Shown here: positions 46,782-56,312 of the stretch, piece after piece | Position numbering within the stretch: the first letter of the stretch is position 1 | Layout: each line of letters begins with the position of its first letter | DNA from: Spirochaetia bacterium | Lineage (GTDB): Bacteria > Spirochaetota > Spirochaetia > SZUA-6 > Bin103 | Direction: 5' to 3' | DNA length: 64,000 bases | Assembly (NCBI GenBank): GCA_965203905.1 | Contig: CBDBDQ010000005.1 | Span: 4,288,001 to 4,352,000, forward strand | The notes under the pieces: generated by a model | Told to the model about the DNA's origin: nothing | Database searches by the model: none | Seen by the model: only the letters and a program-made list of their open reading frames with translations | Translations under genes and position numbers: made by a program

Positions 46782-47360
46782 TCACCCGGCCTGGGACGAG
46801 CCGGTCGCACCGGGCGCCGGCGGTGACAGCGTCCGCAGCCACCGCGAACGGCGCACGAAACGTTCGGCAAACAAGCCCAACAGCAGGGCGGACACGGTCC
46901 CCGTGATCAGGAACGCGGGCGCGATCAGCCAGGCGCTCTCGCCGAAGATCAGCAGGCGCGCGCTGCCGATCTGCGCCAGGTTGCTGGCAAGTGCGCCCAT
47001 GATGCTCACTCCGACCAGGGAGATGTGGGCGCCCAGCGTGCGATGCAACAGCAGCATGGTGGCGCCGCTGGCCACCGAGCCGGCGGCTGAGAACAGCACG
47101 ATGTAGGAAAACAGCGTCCCCTGTACCAGTCCCTGGCCGACGACTTTCAACGCCACAAGGGTGAAGATCTCGCGCGGTCGCAGCACGGTGAGGCCGACCA
47201 GCAGCGGCAGGTTGGCCAGCCCCAGCTTCAGGAACGGCACCGGTTTCGGTATGACGTGCTCGACGGTGGCCAGGAACAGCGCCAGTGCGGCCAGTAGCGC
47301 GACGTGGCGCCGCCGTTCGTCAACCGCTTCGGATCCGGCCGTGTCGGCAGCGCTGCTCAC
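46782..47360 (-). CDS. Gx transporter family ('heptaprenyl diphosphate synthase component I')
   Basis: EHVIPKPVPFLKLGLAN, S.VGVSIMGALASNLAQ. Confidence 0.85.
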   Translation of the reverse strand: MSSAADTAGSEAVDERRRHVALLAALALFLATVEHVIPKPVPFLKLGLANLPLLVGLTVLRPREIFTLVALKVVGQGLVQGTLFSYIVLFSAAGSVASGATMLLLHRTLGAHISLVGVSIMGALASNLAQIGSARLLIFGESAWLIAPAFLITGTVSALLLGLFAERFVRRSRWLRTLSPPAPGATGSSQAG

Positions 47361-47382
47361 TGCGAACCCGCCGCCCGCTGCC

Positions 47383-48537
47383 TCATAGCGCCTCTAGGAT
47401 CTCCTCGGCGCGGTCGGTCCGCTCCCACGAAAACCCGTCCCGCCCGAAGTGTCCGTAGGTGGCTGTCGGGCGATAGATCGGCCGGGCGAGATCGAGCGCA
47501 GCGATGATGCCGCCGGGGGTCAGGTCGAAGAGACTGCGCACCACCGTCTCGATGCGCTGCTCCGGCACCTCCCCGGTGCCGAAGGTGTTCACGTAGAGCG
47601 ACACCGGCTCGGCCACCCCGATGGCGTAGGCGATCTGCACCTCGCACTCGCGGCAGATGCCGCTGGCGACGATATTCTTGGCCACGTAGCGCGCCATGTA
47701 CGCCGCCGAACGGTCTACCTTGGAAGGATCTTTGCCGGAGAAAGCGCCGCCGCCGTGGCGCGCCTTGCCGCCGTAGGTGTCCACGATCAGCTTGCGCCCG
47801 GTGAGGCCGGTATCGCCGTGGGGGCCGCCGACCACGAAGCGCCCGGTAGGATTGATCAGGAAGCAGAGGTTGTCGCCGAGCATCTCGACCGGCAGCGCCG
47901 GCTTGATCACCTCCTCCACCAGGCCTTCGCGCAGTTGCTCCTGATCTACGTCCGGCCGGTGCTGGTGGGACAGTACCACCGTCTCGATGGCCGCCGGCCG
48001 GCCATCGCCGTAACGCACCGTCACCTGGCACTTGCCGTCGGGACCGAGGAACGGCAGCACGCGTTGCTTCCGCACCAGCGCCGCGCGCAGCATGATGGCG
48101 TGCGCGAAGTCGATTGGCGCCGGCATCAGGTGCGGCGTATCGGAGCAGGCGTAGCCGAACATCAGCCCCTGATCGCCGGCGCCCTGGGCCCTGGCGGAGC
48201 CGGGGTCGACCCCGCGGGCGATGTCGGGCGACTGCGCGTGCAGCTTGTTGAGCACCTTGCAGGTCTGGTAGTCGATGCCCAGGGCCGAGTCGTCGTAGCC
48301 CGCGTCGCGCAGCACGTCGCGCGCCAGTTGCTCGGGATCGAACGAGCTGCGTGACCTGATCTCGCCGCCCACCAGGATCAGCCCGGTGGTGGCGAACACC
48401 TCGCACGCGACCCGTGCCTCGTGGTCGCCCGCCAACGCGGCGTCCACCACCGCATCGGAGATCTGGTCGCACAGCTTGTCGGGGTGGCCTTCGCCTACGC
48501 TCTCCGAGGTGAACAGGTAGTCGCCGCGCTGGTACAT
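47383..48537 (-). CDS. metK: S-adenosylmethionine synthetase
   Basis: [34 protein letters not shown]. Confidence 0.97.
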   Translation of the reverse strand: MYQRGDYLFTSESVGEGHPDKLCDQISDAVVDAALAGDHEARVACEVFATTGLILVGGEIRSRSSFDPEQLARDVLRDAGYDDSALGIDYQTCKVLNKLHAQSPDIARGVDPGSARAQGAGDQGLMFGYACSDTPHLMPAPIDFAHAIMLRAALVRKQRVLPFLGPDGKCQVTVRYGDGRPAAIETVVLSHQHRPDVDQEQLREGLVEEVIKPALPVEMLGDNLCFLINPTGRFVVGGPHGDTGLTGRKLIVDTYGGKARHGGGAFSGKDPSKVDRSAAYMARYVAKNIVASGICRECEVQIAYAIGVAEPVSLYVNTFGTGEVPEQRIETVVRSLFDLTPGGIIAALDLARPIYRPTATYGHFGRDGFSWERTDRAEEILEAL

Positions 48538-48629
48538 GATTCGCGCTCCAGGGTAGCGCCACGCGCCGGGCCGTCGCAAGATGCATCCCCAGCACCCCAA
48601 CTCGCCCCATAGGCAGATCTTCGATACAT

Positions 48630-48913
48630 TTCTGGGACTCTCTCCAGCCGGTGGACGGCGAGATCTACGAGCGTTATTCAGCGAGTGCGGGACCCGCTGC
48701 CGTCGGCGCCGACCGGCGCCTGGAGAGGTACGGTGTCGCGCGAGGACGAAGCGGGCGAGACCTGGGAGCAGGAGTACGTCGTGACCATCAATGCCGATGG
48801 AATGTTCCGCTCCGTCGAGCAGCGAGCGGGTCACTGGAGGAGGGAGTTGGTTGCACAGTGGACCGCCGACGAGCACGAGTAACTACTGGCTGACGCTGGA
48901 GCGCCAACCATAA
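48630..48913 (+). pseudogene. Degraded paralogue of the downstream lipoprotein
   Basis: RYS/RVRDPLP..PTGAW.G...WTAD then YWLTLERQP*, versus RYSRVQDPLP..LTGTW.G...WTAD...YRVTLQRQP* in 48984-49934; frameshift at 48681 and internal deletion near 48880. Confidence 0.75.
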
Positions 48914-48983
48914 TCGGAGCTGAGGAGCGGGGCGGTCCGGGCACCCGCGGTCGGGCGGGCCGCCGATCCATACCAAGAAGGAG

Positions 48984-49934
48984 ATGGACGCTATGAAGAA
49001 TCTCGACCGGCGGGCTGGCTCCCGCATGGTCGTCGCGGCAGCGACGCTGACCGTGCTGGCGGCGGCGGGCATGCTGCTCGGCAGTTGCCGCCGCGCGCTG
49101 CCGCCCGTAGCGCAGGAGCCGCCACAGCCCGAACTGCTCGGGACCTGGAAGGCTACCGGAGGCTACTACGTTGCGAATGCCGACGGTGAGCCGGTGCGCG
49201 CGGGCGAGACGATTCATACCCTGACCTTCACCAGGAGCCGCTGGATCCATCACCAAGCGCACGTGCCGGACGATGGCACGACGAGTCACGGGAGGACCGA
49301 CAGCGGCACCTGGGAGGTAGCGGGCGACACGGTCATCCGCAAGAGGACCTACTACGACGGAACGTTGACCAGGGTAGCCAAGACCATCCACTGGATCGAC
49401 GAGGTTGGCGATGTGCTGTTCATGCACCCGTGGGACCTCGACTTCGAGCTGCGAGGCTACTTCGTGCGCTACTCTCGGGTGCAGGACCCGCTGCCGTTTC
49501 CATTGACCGGTACCTGGACCGGTTCCATTGCTGGGGAGCAGGCCGCCCCGTCGAGTCCCGGCGCACCGCCCGTAGGCGACATGAGCATCCCGGAGTTCAC
49601 GCTCAGTATCGATGCCGGCGGTTCGCTGTCATTCAGGGTCCAGGTCCAGGACCGCCAGGTCACCTTCGACCTCACGGCGAAGTGGACCGCGGATCGGGAG
49701 CATTACTTTCTCATCCTCACCGAACCGGTGGCGTTCGCGGAGAGTGGCGGGGAAAGGCATCCGTCCCCTGGCATCGCCCCGGATTTGACGTTGCGCATGG
49801 CCTATGCGCCTACCAACAACTCGCCCGACGAGATCGTGATCTCCGAGGTGTGGAGCGAGGCCGGATGGCCGTTGGACACGCCCGTCTTGCCGGACGCCGG
49901 CCTCTACCGGGTGACGCTGCAGCGCCAGCCGTGA
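48984..49934 (+). CDS. Uncharacterised lipoprotein with two beta-rich (lipocalin-like) repeats
   Basis: Lipobox LLGSC; LLGTWK and LTGTWT motifs; AGGAG upstream (start may be 48993). Confidence 0.7.
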   Translation: MDAMKNLDRRAGSRMVVAAATLTVLAAAGMLLGSCRRALPPVAQEPPQPELLGTWKATGGYYVANADGEPVRAGETIHTLTFTRSRWIHHQAHVPDDGTTSHGRTDSGTWEVAGDTVIRKRTYYDGTLTRVAKTIHWIDEVGDVLFMHPWDLDFELRGYFVRYSRVQDPLPFPLTGTWTGSIAGEQAAPSSPGAPPVGDMSIPEFTLSIDAGGSLSFRVQVQDRQVTFDLTAKWTADREHYFLILTEPVAFAESGGERHPSPGIAPDLTLRMAYAPTNNSPDEIVISEVWSEAGWPLDTPVLPDAGLYRVTLQRQP

Positions 49935-50014
49935 CTCGCGCGTCTCGGCGACTCTGCCGCCTTGCAGAAGCTGCCGGCGATCAAGCAACAGTGGGATTCC
50001 GATAGAATAGGCAT

Positions 50015-50299
50015 ATGCACATCTATCTGATCCAGCTGCTGACAGCAAACGCAGCGGTGGGGGAGAGGGTCCAACGGAGCTGCCCCGAAGCCTTCAAGTA
50101 CAACGACACTACGTTCCTGGTTATCGACTCCAGCCCCATCACTGAAAACATCGCTATTCAGGTAGGGATCAAAGGCGACGATCGCGTCGACGATGCTTCG
50201 GGATTCGTTGTCAAGCTTGGCAGCCCTCCCTCGTACTCCGGATACACGAACCGATCCCTGTGGGACTGGCTCGGCGCAGCCGGGGAGAAAGCGCTGTGA
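50015..50299 (+). CDS. Small hypothetical protein (possible ferredoxin-like fold)
   Basis: 94 aa, AT-richer than flanks, TAGAAT 6 nt upstream, GTGA coupling to next gene. Confidence 0.65.
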   Translation: MHIYLIQLLTANAAVGERVQRSCPEAFKYNDTTFLVIDSSPITENIAIQVGIKGDDRVDDASGFVVKLGSPPSYSGYTNRSLWDWLGAAGEKAL

Positions 50300-50657
50300 A
50301 ATCTGGTGTGGTTGGCCATGAGGCCGGTCCCGTGCCGCCGGTTGACGAGAGAGGAGGTGGTGATGGTGGGGGTTTCGACCGTCGCCTGACGCGCCTGGAG
50401 GAGCAAGTGCGCTATCTTTCCGGGATGTCGCTCGGAAAGCTGATATCGAAGCCCTCAAGGCGCAGATTGAGGCCAGCAACACGCGCACTGAGAACGTCAG
50501 AACCGAGGTCGAGTCAGTCAGAACCGAGATCAGCAAGACAAGTGGCGCTCTCACCAAGCAGATCGGCGACAAACAAGACTCCGCGACCAAGTGGACAGTA
50601 GGAACGGGAGCGACTGCGGTGGCCGTAATTGTCGCCTTGCTCAAGCTGCTTCCGTAA
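50296..50657 (+). pseudogene. Frameshifted coiled-coil protein with C-terminal TM helix (DUF1640/Bdr-like)
   Basis: GGGDGGGFDRRLTRLEEQVRYLS, then -1 shift near 50420 gives RDVARKADIEALKAQIE...KWTVGTGATAVAVIVALLKLLP*. Confidence 0.65.
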
Positions 50658-50788
50658 GCCCGGCGAACCCTGCTCAAAGAGAAACCTGATCAAACTGCGT
50701 GGCAGATAGCGCCCGATGTGGATTTAGCACGTATCAATAAGGACGCGAAAGCAGGGAGATCCCGAATGAACAGAACAGGCACACGGCC

Positions 50789-53700
50789 ATGAGCAAGCGC
50801 AGGCGGCGGCGTCCGGCGTCACGGCGCACTACCACGCCGCCGCCGGGGCAGATTCAGCTTGGGCGTCTCGCGCGCCGCCGCATGGCCGGCTCCGGCGCCA
50901 TGCAGGTTCTCTTGCAGCGCATCGCGGCCGAGGAATTCCCGGTCGCCGTCGAGGGCGTGCACGGCGGGTTTGCCGCGTTGCTGCTGCATTGGCTGCGCGA
51001 GCAGGTCGCGGGGCCGTTGCTGGTGGTGACGCCGACCGAGCAGGAGGCCGACCTGCTGGTGGACGACCTGCGCCTGTTCGCCGGGACGTCCTCCGACGCC
51101 GCGTCCGTCGCTCCCGCGGCTGTCGGAGGGGCGCACGCGGACCCAACCGCTGCCGGCGGCGCTGCGGGTGAGCGCGTGCGGCGCTTCCCCTGGTGGGGGC
51201 TGCTGCCCTATTCCAACGTCGCGCCGCTGCCGGCGGTGTTCGGCGAGCGTGCCGGCGTGCTTGCGGAACTGGTCACCTCGCCCGAGGCCGTCGACGTCGT
51301 GGTCACCTCCCTGCGCGCGCTGCTCACCCCCGTGCCGCCGGCGGACTACCTGGCCCGGCGCGTGCTGGAGCTGGCGGTCGGCACCGAGCTGGATCCGATC
51401 GCGGTCGAGGAGCAGCTCGTCAGCTTCGGCTACGTGCGCGTTCCGCGGGTCTCGATCCACGGCGAGTTCTCGGTCAAGGGTGAGGTGATCGACGTCTACC
51501 CGTACGCCCGCGAGCATGCCGTGCGGGCGGTGCTGGAGTTCGACACCGTCGAGGAGCTGCGCGAATTCGAGCCGGCCACTCAGCGCTCGGTGGCGGCGCT
51601 GCAGCGGGCCGCCGTGTACCCCGCGCGCGAGGTCCACGTCGCCGGCGAGGAGCTAGAGGTGCTGGCCGGCAACCTGGCCCAGGCACACCTGCCGCAGGAG
51701 CAGCGCGAGCTGTTCCTGGAGGGGCTGCGGCGTGACCCCGACGCACGCAGTGCCGAGCTGTTCTTCCCCCTGTGCTTCGCTCAGCCCGCGACGCTGTTGG
51801 AGATCCTGCCCTCCGGCGCGCTGCTGGTGCTGGCCGGCGAGGAACGGTTGGCGGCCACCTTCGCCGCGGTGCGCAAGGAGTACTACGAACTGCACCGTCA
51901 GGCGGGCACCGCGGGTCACTTCGGACCGCTGCCGAAGGCGTTCCTGCTCGACTACGGGCGCCTGGTGCGCGACTGTCCGCGGCGGGTAGCCATTCACGAG
52001 CTGGCGCCCAGCCGCGCAGTCGATGCCGCACCCGAGCCCGCGCGCCTGCGCCTGGGGTGCGAGCCGCCGCGCTCCTTCTTCGGCAACATCCCCTACTTCC
52101 GCGACGAAGTGGCGCGGTTGCGGGACAACGGCAACGATATCGTGATCTTCGCCGTCTACGAGCACCAGGCACAGCGGGTGCAGGCGCTCCTCGGCGAGCT
52201 GGCTCGCGACAGTTCCGTGCGCATCGTACCGCAGACCATCAGCGCCGGGTTCGCGCTGCCGGCGGCGAACATCGTCGTGATCCAGGAGAACGAGATCTTC
52301 GGCCGCAAGCGGCGCATCCCGCGTACCGCCGCCGCCGTACAGAGCGAGGCGATCGACTCCTTCGTCGACCTCAGCGCCGGCGACTACATAGTCCACGTCA
52401 ACTACGGGATCGGGCGCTATCACGGCCTGCAGCGGATGCGCGCGCTCGGCAACGAGCGCGACTACATCGACCTGGAGTTCGGCGGCGAGGAACACGTTTT
52501 CCTGCCGATCGAGCAGGTCAACCTGATCCAGCGCTACGTTGGCAAGGAGGGACGCACGCCGAAGCTGGACCGCATCGGCGGCAAGGCGTGGGACGCGCGC
52601 AAGGCCAAGGTGCGCAAGTCGGTCGAAGAACTGGCCGAGCGCCTGGTGCGGCTGTACGCCAGGCGCAAGCAGGCGCAGGGCACCGCCTTCGACGCCGACA
52701 CCGACTGGCAGGCGCAGTTCGAGGCCGGGTTTCCGTACCAGGAGACCGACGACCAGATCCGCTGCATCGAGGAAGTCAAGGTGGACATGGAAGCGCCCAG
52801 TCCCATGGACCGGCTGGTGTGCGGCGACGTCGGCTTCGGCAAGACCGAGGTCGCACTGCGCGCGGCGTTCAAGGCGGTAATGGGCGGCAAGCAGGTGGCG
52901 GTGCTGACCCCCACCACGATCCTGGCCGAGCAGCACTTCGAGACCTTCAGCGAACGCTTCGGCGCGTTCCCGGTGCAGGTGGAGATGCTGTCGCGGTTCC
53001 GCAGCAGGCAGCAGCAGCGCGCCGTGGTGGCGGCGGTCGCCGGCGGCGGCGTGGACGTGGTGGTGGGCACCCACCGGCTGATCCAGAAGGACGTGACGTT
53101 CAAGAATCTGGGGTTGCTGGTGATCGACGAGGAACAGCGCTTCGGGGTCAAGCACAAGGAGCGGCTCAAGGAGCTGAGGACCAACATCGACTGCCTTACG
53201 CTCACCGCCACGCCGATTCCGCGTACCCTGCACATGTCGCTCACCAAGATCCGCGACATGTCGATCATCACCACCCCGCCGCAGAACCGGCTGCCGATCG
53301 AGACCTTCATTCAGGAGTACGACGAGGAGCTGGTTGCCGACGCCGTGCGCAAGGAGCTGGCACGTGGCGGCCAGGTGTTCTACCTGCACAACCGCGTACG
53401 CTCGATCCAGGAGGTGCGCGGCTTTCTCACCCGGCTGCTGCCGGAGGCCAGCATCGACTTCGCCCACGGCCAGATGGACGAGCGCGAGCTGGAAGACGTG
53501 ATGCACCGCTTCGTGGGCGGCGAGTTCGAGGTGCTGGTGGCCACCTCCATCATCGAGAACGGGCTCGACATCCCCAACGTCAACACCATCGTCATCGACC
53601 GCGCCGACATGTTCGGCATCGCTCAGCTCTATCAACTGCGCGGGCGGGTGGGGCGCTCGGACAAGCCGGCCTACGCCTACCTGTTCTACCCCAGGGAACG

Positions 53701-54379
53701 CGCGCTGAGCGAGCTGGCGATGAAGCGCCTGCGCATCATCTCCGACTTTACCGAGCTCGGCGCCGGCTTCAAGGTGGCGATGAAGGATCTGGAGGTTCGC
53801 GGCGCCGGCAACCTGCTCGGCGGCGAGCAGAGCGGCGACATCCTGGCGGTGGGCTACGACCTGTACGTGCGGCTGCTCGACCAGGCGATCGCGGCGCTGG
53901 GAGCCGACGGCAAGAAGAGCGGCGTGGACCTGGAGGCGCCGGACGTCTACCTGGAGCTGGAATACTCCGGCTACATCCCGAACGACTACATCTCCGAGCC
54001 GGTGGTAAAGATGGAGGTGTACAAGAAGATCGCCGCGGTTACCAGCCCCGACGAGCTGGAACGGATCCACGGTGAGCTGATCGACCGCTTCGGCCCGCTT
54101 CCGGACGTGGTGCTGAGCCTGCTGTCGATCGCGGAGATCCGTATCGCCTGCCGCCGCCTGGCGATCGCCTCGCTGCGCGAGCAGCGCGGCGTGGTACGGC
54201 TGGAGTTCGCGCGCATGCAGCAGGTGTCGGTGGACAAGGTGATGCGGCTGCTCGCCGAGAGCAACGGCAGCGTGCGCCTGGACCCGGCGCGGCCCAACTG
54301 CCTGCTGATCGACAGCGGCGGCATCGGCCTGCGCGAGAAGTCGGAGTTCCTCAGCGAAAAGCTCGGCGCCCTGGTATGA
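50789..54379 (+). CDS. mfd: Transcription-repair coupling factor
   Basis: UvrB-like N-terminus, RID (VHVNYGIGRY), GDVGFGKTEVA, DEEQRFG, QLRGRVGRS, DLEVRGAGNLLG, TRCF C-terminus. Confidence 0.97.
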   Translation: MSKRRRRRPASRRTTTPPPGQIQLGRLARRRMAGSGAMQVLLQRIAAEEFPVAVEGVHGGFAALLLHWLREQVAGPLLVVTPTEQEADLLVDDLRLFAGTSSDAASVAPAAVGGAHADPTAAGGAAGERVRRFPWWGLLPYSNVAPLPAVFGERAGVLAELVTSPEAVDVVVTSLRALLTPVPPADYLARRVLELAVGTELDPIAVEEQLVSFGYVRVPRVSIHGEFSVKGEVIDVYPYAREHAVRAVLEFDTVEELREFEPATQRSVAALQRAAVYPAREVHVAGEELEVLAGNLAQAHLPQEQRELFLEGLRRDPDARSAELFFPLCFAQPATLLEILPSGALLVLAGEERLAATFAAVRKEYYELHRQAGTAGHFGPLPKAFLLDYGRLVRDCPRRVAIHELAPSRAVDAAPEPARLRLGCEPPRSFFGNIPYFRDEVARLRDNGNDIVIFAVYEHQAQRVQALLGELARDSSVRIVPQTISAGFALPAANIVVIQENEIFGRKRRIPRTAAAVQSEAIDSFVDLSAGDYIVHVNYGIGRYHGLQRMRALGNERDYIDLEFGGEEHVFLPIEQVNLIQRYVGKEGRTPKLDRIGGKAWDARKAKVRKSVEELAERLVRLYARRKQAQGTAFDADTDWQAQFEAGFPYQETDDQIRCIEEVKVDMEAPSPMDRLVCGDVGFGKTEVALRAAFKAVMGGKQVAVLTPTTILAEQHFETFSERFGAFPVQVEMLSRFRSRQQQRAVVAAVAGGGVDVVVGTHRLIQKDVTFKNLGLLVIDEEQRFGVKHKERLKELRTNIDCLTLTATPIPRTLHMSLTKIRDMSIITTPPQNRLPIETFIQEYDEELVADAVRKELARGGQVFYLHNRVRSIQEVRGFLTRLLPEASIDFAHGQMDERELEDVMHRFVGGEFEVLVATSIIENGLDIPNVNTIVIDRADMFGIAQLYQLRGRVGRSDKPAYAYLFYPRERALSELAMKRLRIISDFTELGAGFKVAMKDLEVRGAGNLLGGEQSGDILAVGYDLYVRLLDQAIAALGADGKKSGVDLEAPDVYLELEYSGYIPNDYISEPVVKMEVYKKIAAVTSPDELERIHGELIDRFGPLPDVVLSLLSIAEIRIACRRLAIASLREQRGVVRLEFARMQQVSVDKVMRLLAESNGSVRLDPARPNCLLIDSGGIGLREKSEFLSEKLGALV

Positions 54380-54442
54380 CACCCGCGCAGGCAGCCCGAC
54401 CCGCAGGTTGCCGGTAGGATGACCGGTCGGTAAGGTGAGCCC

Positions 54443-55621
54443 ATGGCTGATCGGACCGACTTTCGCCGCTGGAACGTCACCCGCCTGGAGCTGGAAGCGT
54501 GGCGCAATTTCAGCCGTAAGGCGGAAATCAGACTTCGCGGACGAAATTCCTTCGTTGGACCGAACGCTGCCGGCAAATCCAACATTCTGGATGCGCTCCG
54601 TTTCCTGCGCGACGTTGCCGGCTCGGGACTTGATGAAGCGGTGGCGCTACGCGGTGGCATGCGCGAGGTGCGCTCACTGCATGCGAGGCAGTTTCCCGGC
54701 GTCCGAATCGCCGTCGATGTCGGGCCTCGCGACAGTAGCGCCCTTTGGTCGTACGAACTGCACTTCCGCAATCATCCGAACCGACACCGTCCCGTCGTAG
54801 AGCGCGAGTGCGTGCGCTTGGATGGAGCGCTGATCCTGGACAGACCTGACAAGAGGGATCAGCGGGACGCGGAACGTCTCACTCAGACCCACCTTGAGCA
54901 GGTCAGCGAAAACCAGAAGTTTCGCGTACTGTCCGGCTTCTTCGGCTCCATTCGTTATCTGCACCTCGTTCCACAAGTAGTACGTGAGTTCACCCGTAAC
55001 AGCGACCCGCGCGGCAGAACGCCGCGGGGCGATGATCCCTACGGTTCCGACTTTCTGCAGCGGGTGGCCGACACCAACCAGCGCAGCCGCGAAGCTAGAC
55101 TACGCAAGATTCAGGCCGCCTTACGGTGGGCGGTCCCTCATTTCAACGGCTTCGAGCTTGAGCGTGACAGCAATGGCAAATGGCATCTTAACGCGACTTA
55201 CAACCACTGGCGAGCGCACCGCGCCAGGCAGAGCGAGGCCGCCTTCTCGGACGGCACGTTGCGTTTGTTGGGGTTGTTCTGGGCGCTGGCGGACAGTGGC
55301 GGTCCCCTGTTGCTGGAGGAGCCGGAACTGAGTCTGCACGACGCTCTGGTCTCACGTTTGGCAACCTTGATGGCCCGCATGAACCGCACGTCCGGCCGCC
55401 AGGTGCTGATGACTACGCACTCGGCTGCGCTGCTCAGCGATGAAGGAATCGACCTCGGCGAGGTGTATCTGCTGAAGCCGGGTGACGAGGGCACCGTAGT
55501 GGTATGCGCCGCTGACTTGGACGACGTCAGGGTTCTGGTCGAGGGCAACCTCACACCTGGTGAAGCCATCATGCCACGGGCTGCGCCGAAGGACATCCAT
55601 CGACTCTCGTTCGAATTCTGA
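54443..55621 (+). CDS. ABC-type ATPase (AAA_15/AAA_21) of a putative defence cassette
   Basis: WRNF, GPNAAGKSN, FSDGTLR, LLEEPELSLH, TTHS; no TM partner; AT-richer than flanks. Confidence 0.88.
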   Translation: MADRTDFRRWNVTRLELEAWRNFSRKAEIRLRGRNSFVGPNAAGKSNILDALRFLRDVAGSGLDEAVALRGGMREVRSLHARQFPGVRIAVDVGPRDSSALWSYELHFRNHPNRHRPVVERECVRLDGALILDRPDKRDQRDAERLTQTHLEQVSENQKFRVLSGFFGSIRYLHLVPQVVREFTRNSDPRGRTPRGDDPYGSDFLQRVADTNQRSREARLRKIQAALRWAVPHFNGFELERDSNGKWHLNATYNHWRAHRARQSEAAFSDGTLRLLGLFWALADSGGPLLLEEPELSLHDALVSRLATLMARMNRTSGRQVLMTTHSAALLSDEGIDLGEVYLLKPGDEGTVVVCAADLDDVRVLVEGNLTPGEAIMPRAAPKDIHRLSFEF

Positions 55622-55622
55622 A

Positions 55623-56221
55623 ATGTACGTGGCGCCGGTACCGTGCCTCGTCGAGGGAACGCTCGACGAGGCAGTAGTACGGAAGATACTGGACACCTCG
55701 TCCCTAACCGCTGGCTCGTTCTACCTCGTGAGCCTCCCGGCCTTCAGGACGCGGCTGAATGCATTCAATCGGGCCGCTCGGCATTCGGCATGGTTCGCCC
55801 TGTGCGATCTCGATGAAGAGGATTGTGCTCCGGCTCGCATACAGAGCTACCCTCCCGACCGGACGATTGGCATGTGCTTCCGCGTCGCCGTGCGGGCAGT
55901 GGAGGCATGGCTGATCGCTGATCGCGCCAACATGGCACGCTTCCTGTGCGTTCCCGTGATATGATGGATCCCCACCCCGAACGGTTGGGGGCACCGAAAT
56001 CTCACATCACCGCGCTCGCCCGACGTTCGAGAAGCCGGGCTATCCGTGACGGACTGGTACCCGCGGCGGGCGACTCAAGAAGGGTTGGACCGGAATACAC
56101 GCTGCTGATGAGCGAGTTCGACCGTGAACGGTGGTGTCCGCAGCGGGCGGCGGAACAGTCGCCGAGCTTGCGTCGAGCCTTGGATCGATGCCGGAGCCTC
56201 GCGGCTACCGGACGTTGGTAG
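55623..56221 (+). pseudogene. DUF4276-like TOPRIM partner, interrupted by a -1 frameshift
   Basis: VEGTLD, CDLD, VEAWLIAD; continues in another frame (PK...GPEY...SPSLRRAL) after GTTCCCGTG near 55955. Confidence 0.75.
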
Positions 56222-56253
56222 CCGCCTTCGTCGGCCGGACCTTTGGGCCTGAT

Positions 56254-56293
56254 CCCTTAAAAAACACAACGTCGTTGTTGATTTTTTTCAGGG
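56254..56293. promoter_or_regulatory. AT-rich palindrome (operator or bidirectional terminator)
   Basis: CCCT-TAAAAAA-C-ACAACG-T-CGTTGT-TGA-TTTTTTT-C-AGGG. Confidence 0.4.
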
Positions 56294-56312
56294 TGCGGAT
56301 GACATTTCGCCC

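Noticed and set aside
48538-48630. SAM riboswitch upstream of metK
   Set aside because: No SAM-I/II consensus visible, and the region beyond is explained by the lipoprotein relic
51653-54382. Long antisense or alternate-frame ORFs (e.g. 51653-54382 -, 51772-54075 +, 20175-22061 +, 1052-3328 -, 40765-42531 -)
   Set aside because: Shadows of real genes, expected in high-GC DNA; Arg/Ala/Pro-rich or mirror-codon composition with no motifs
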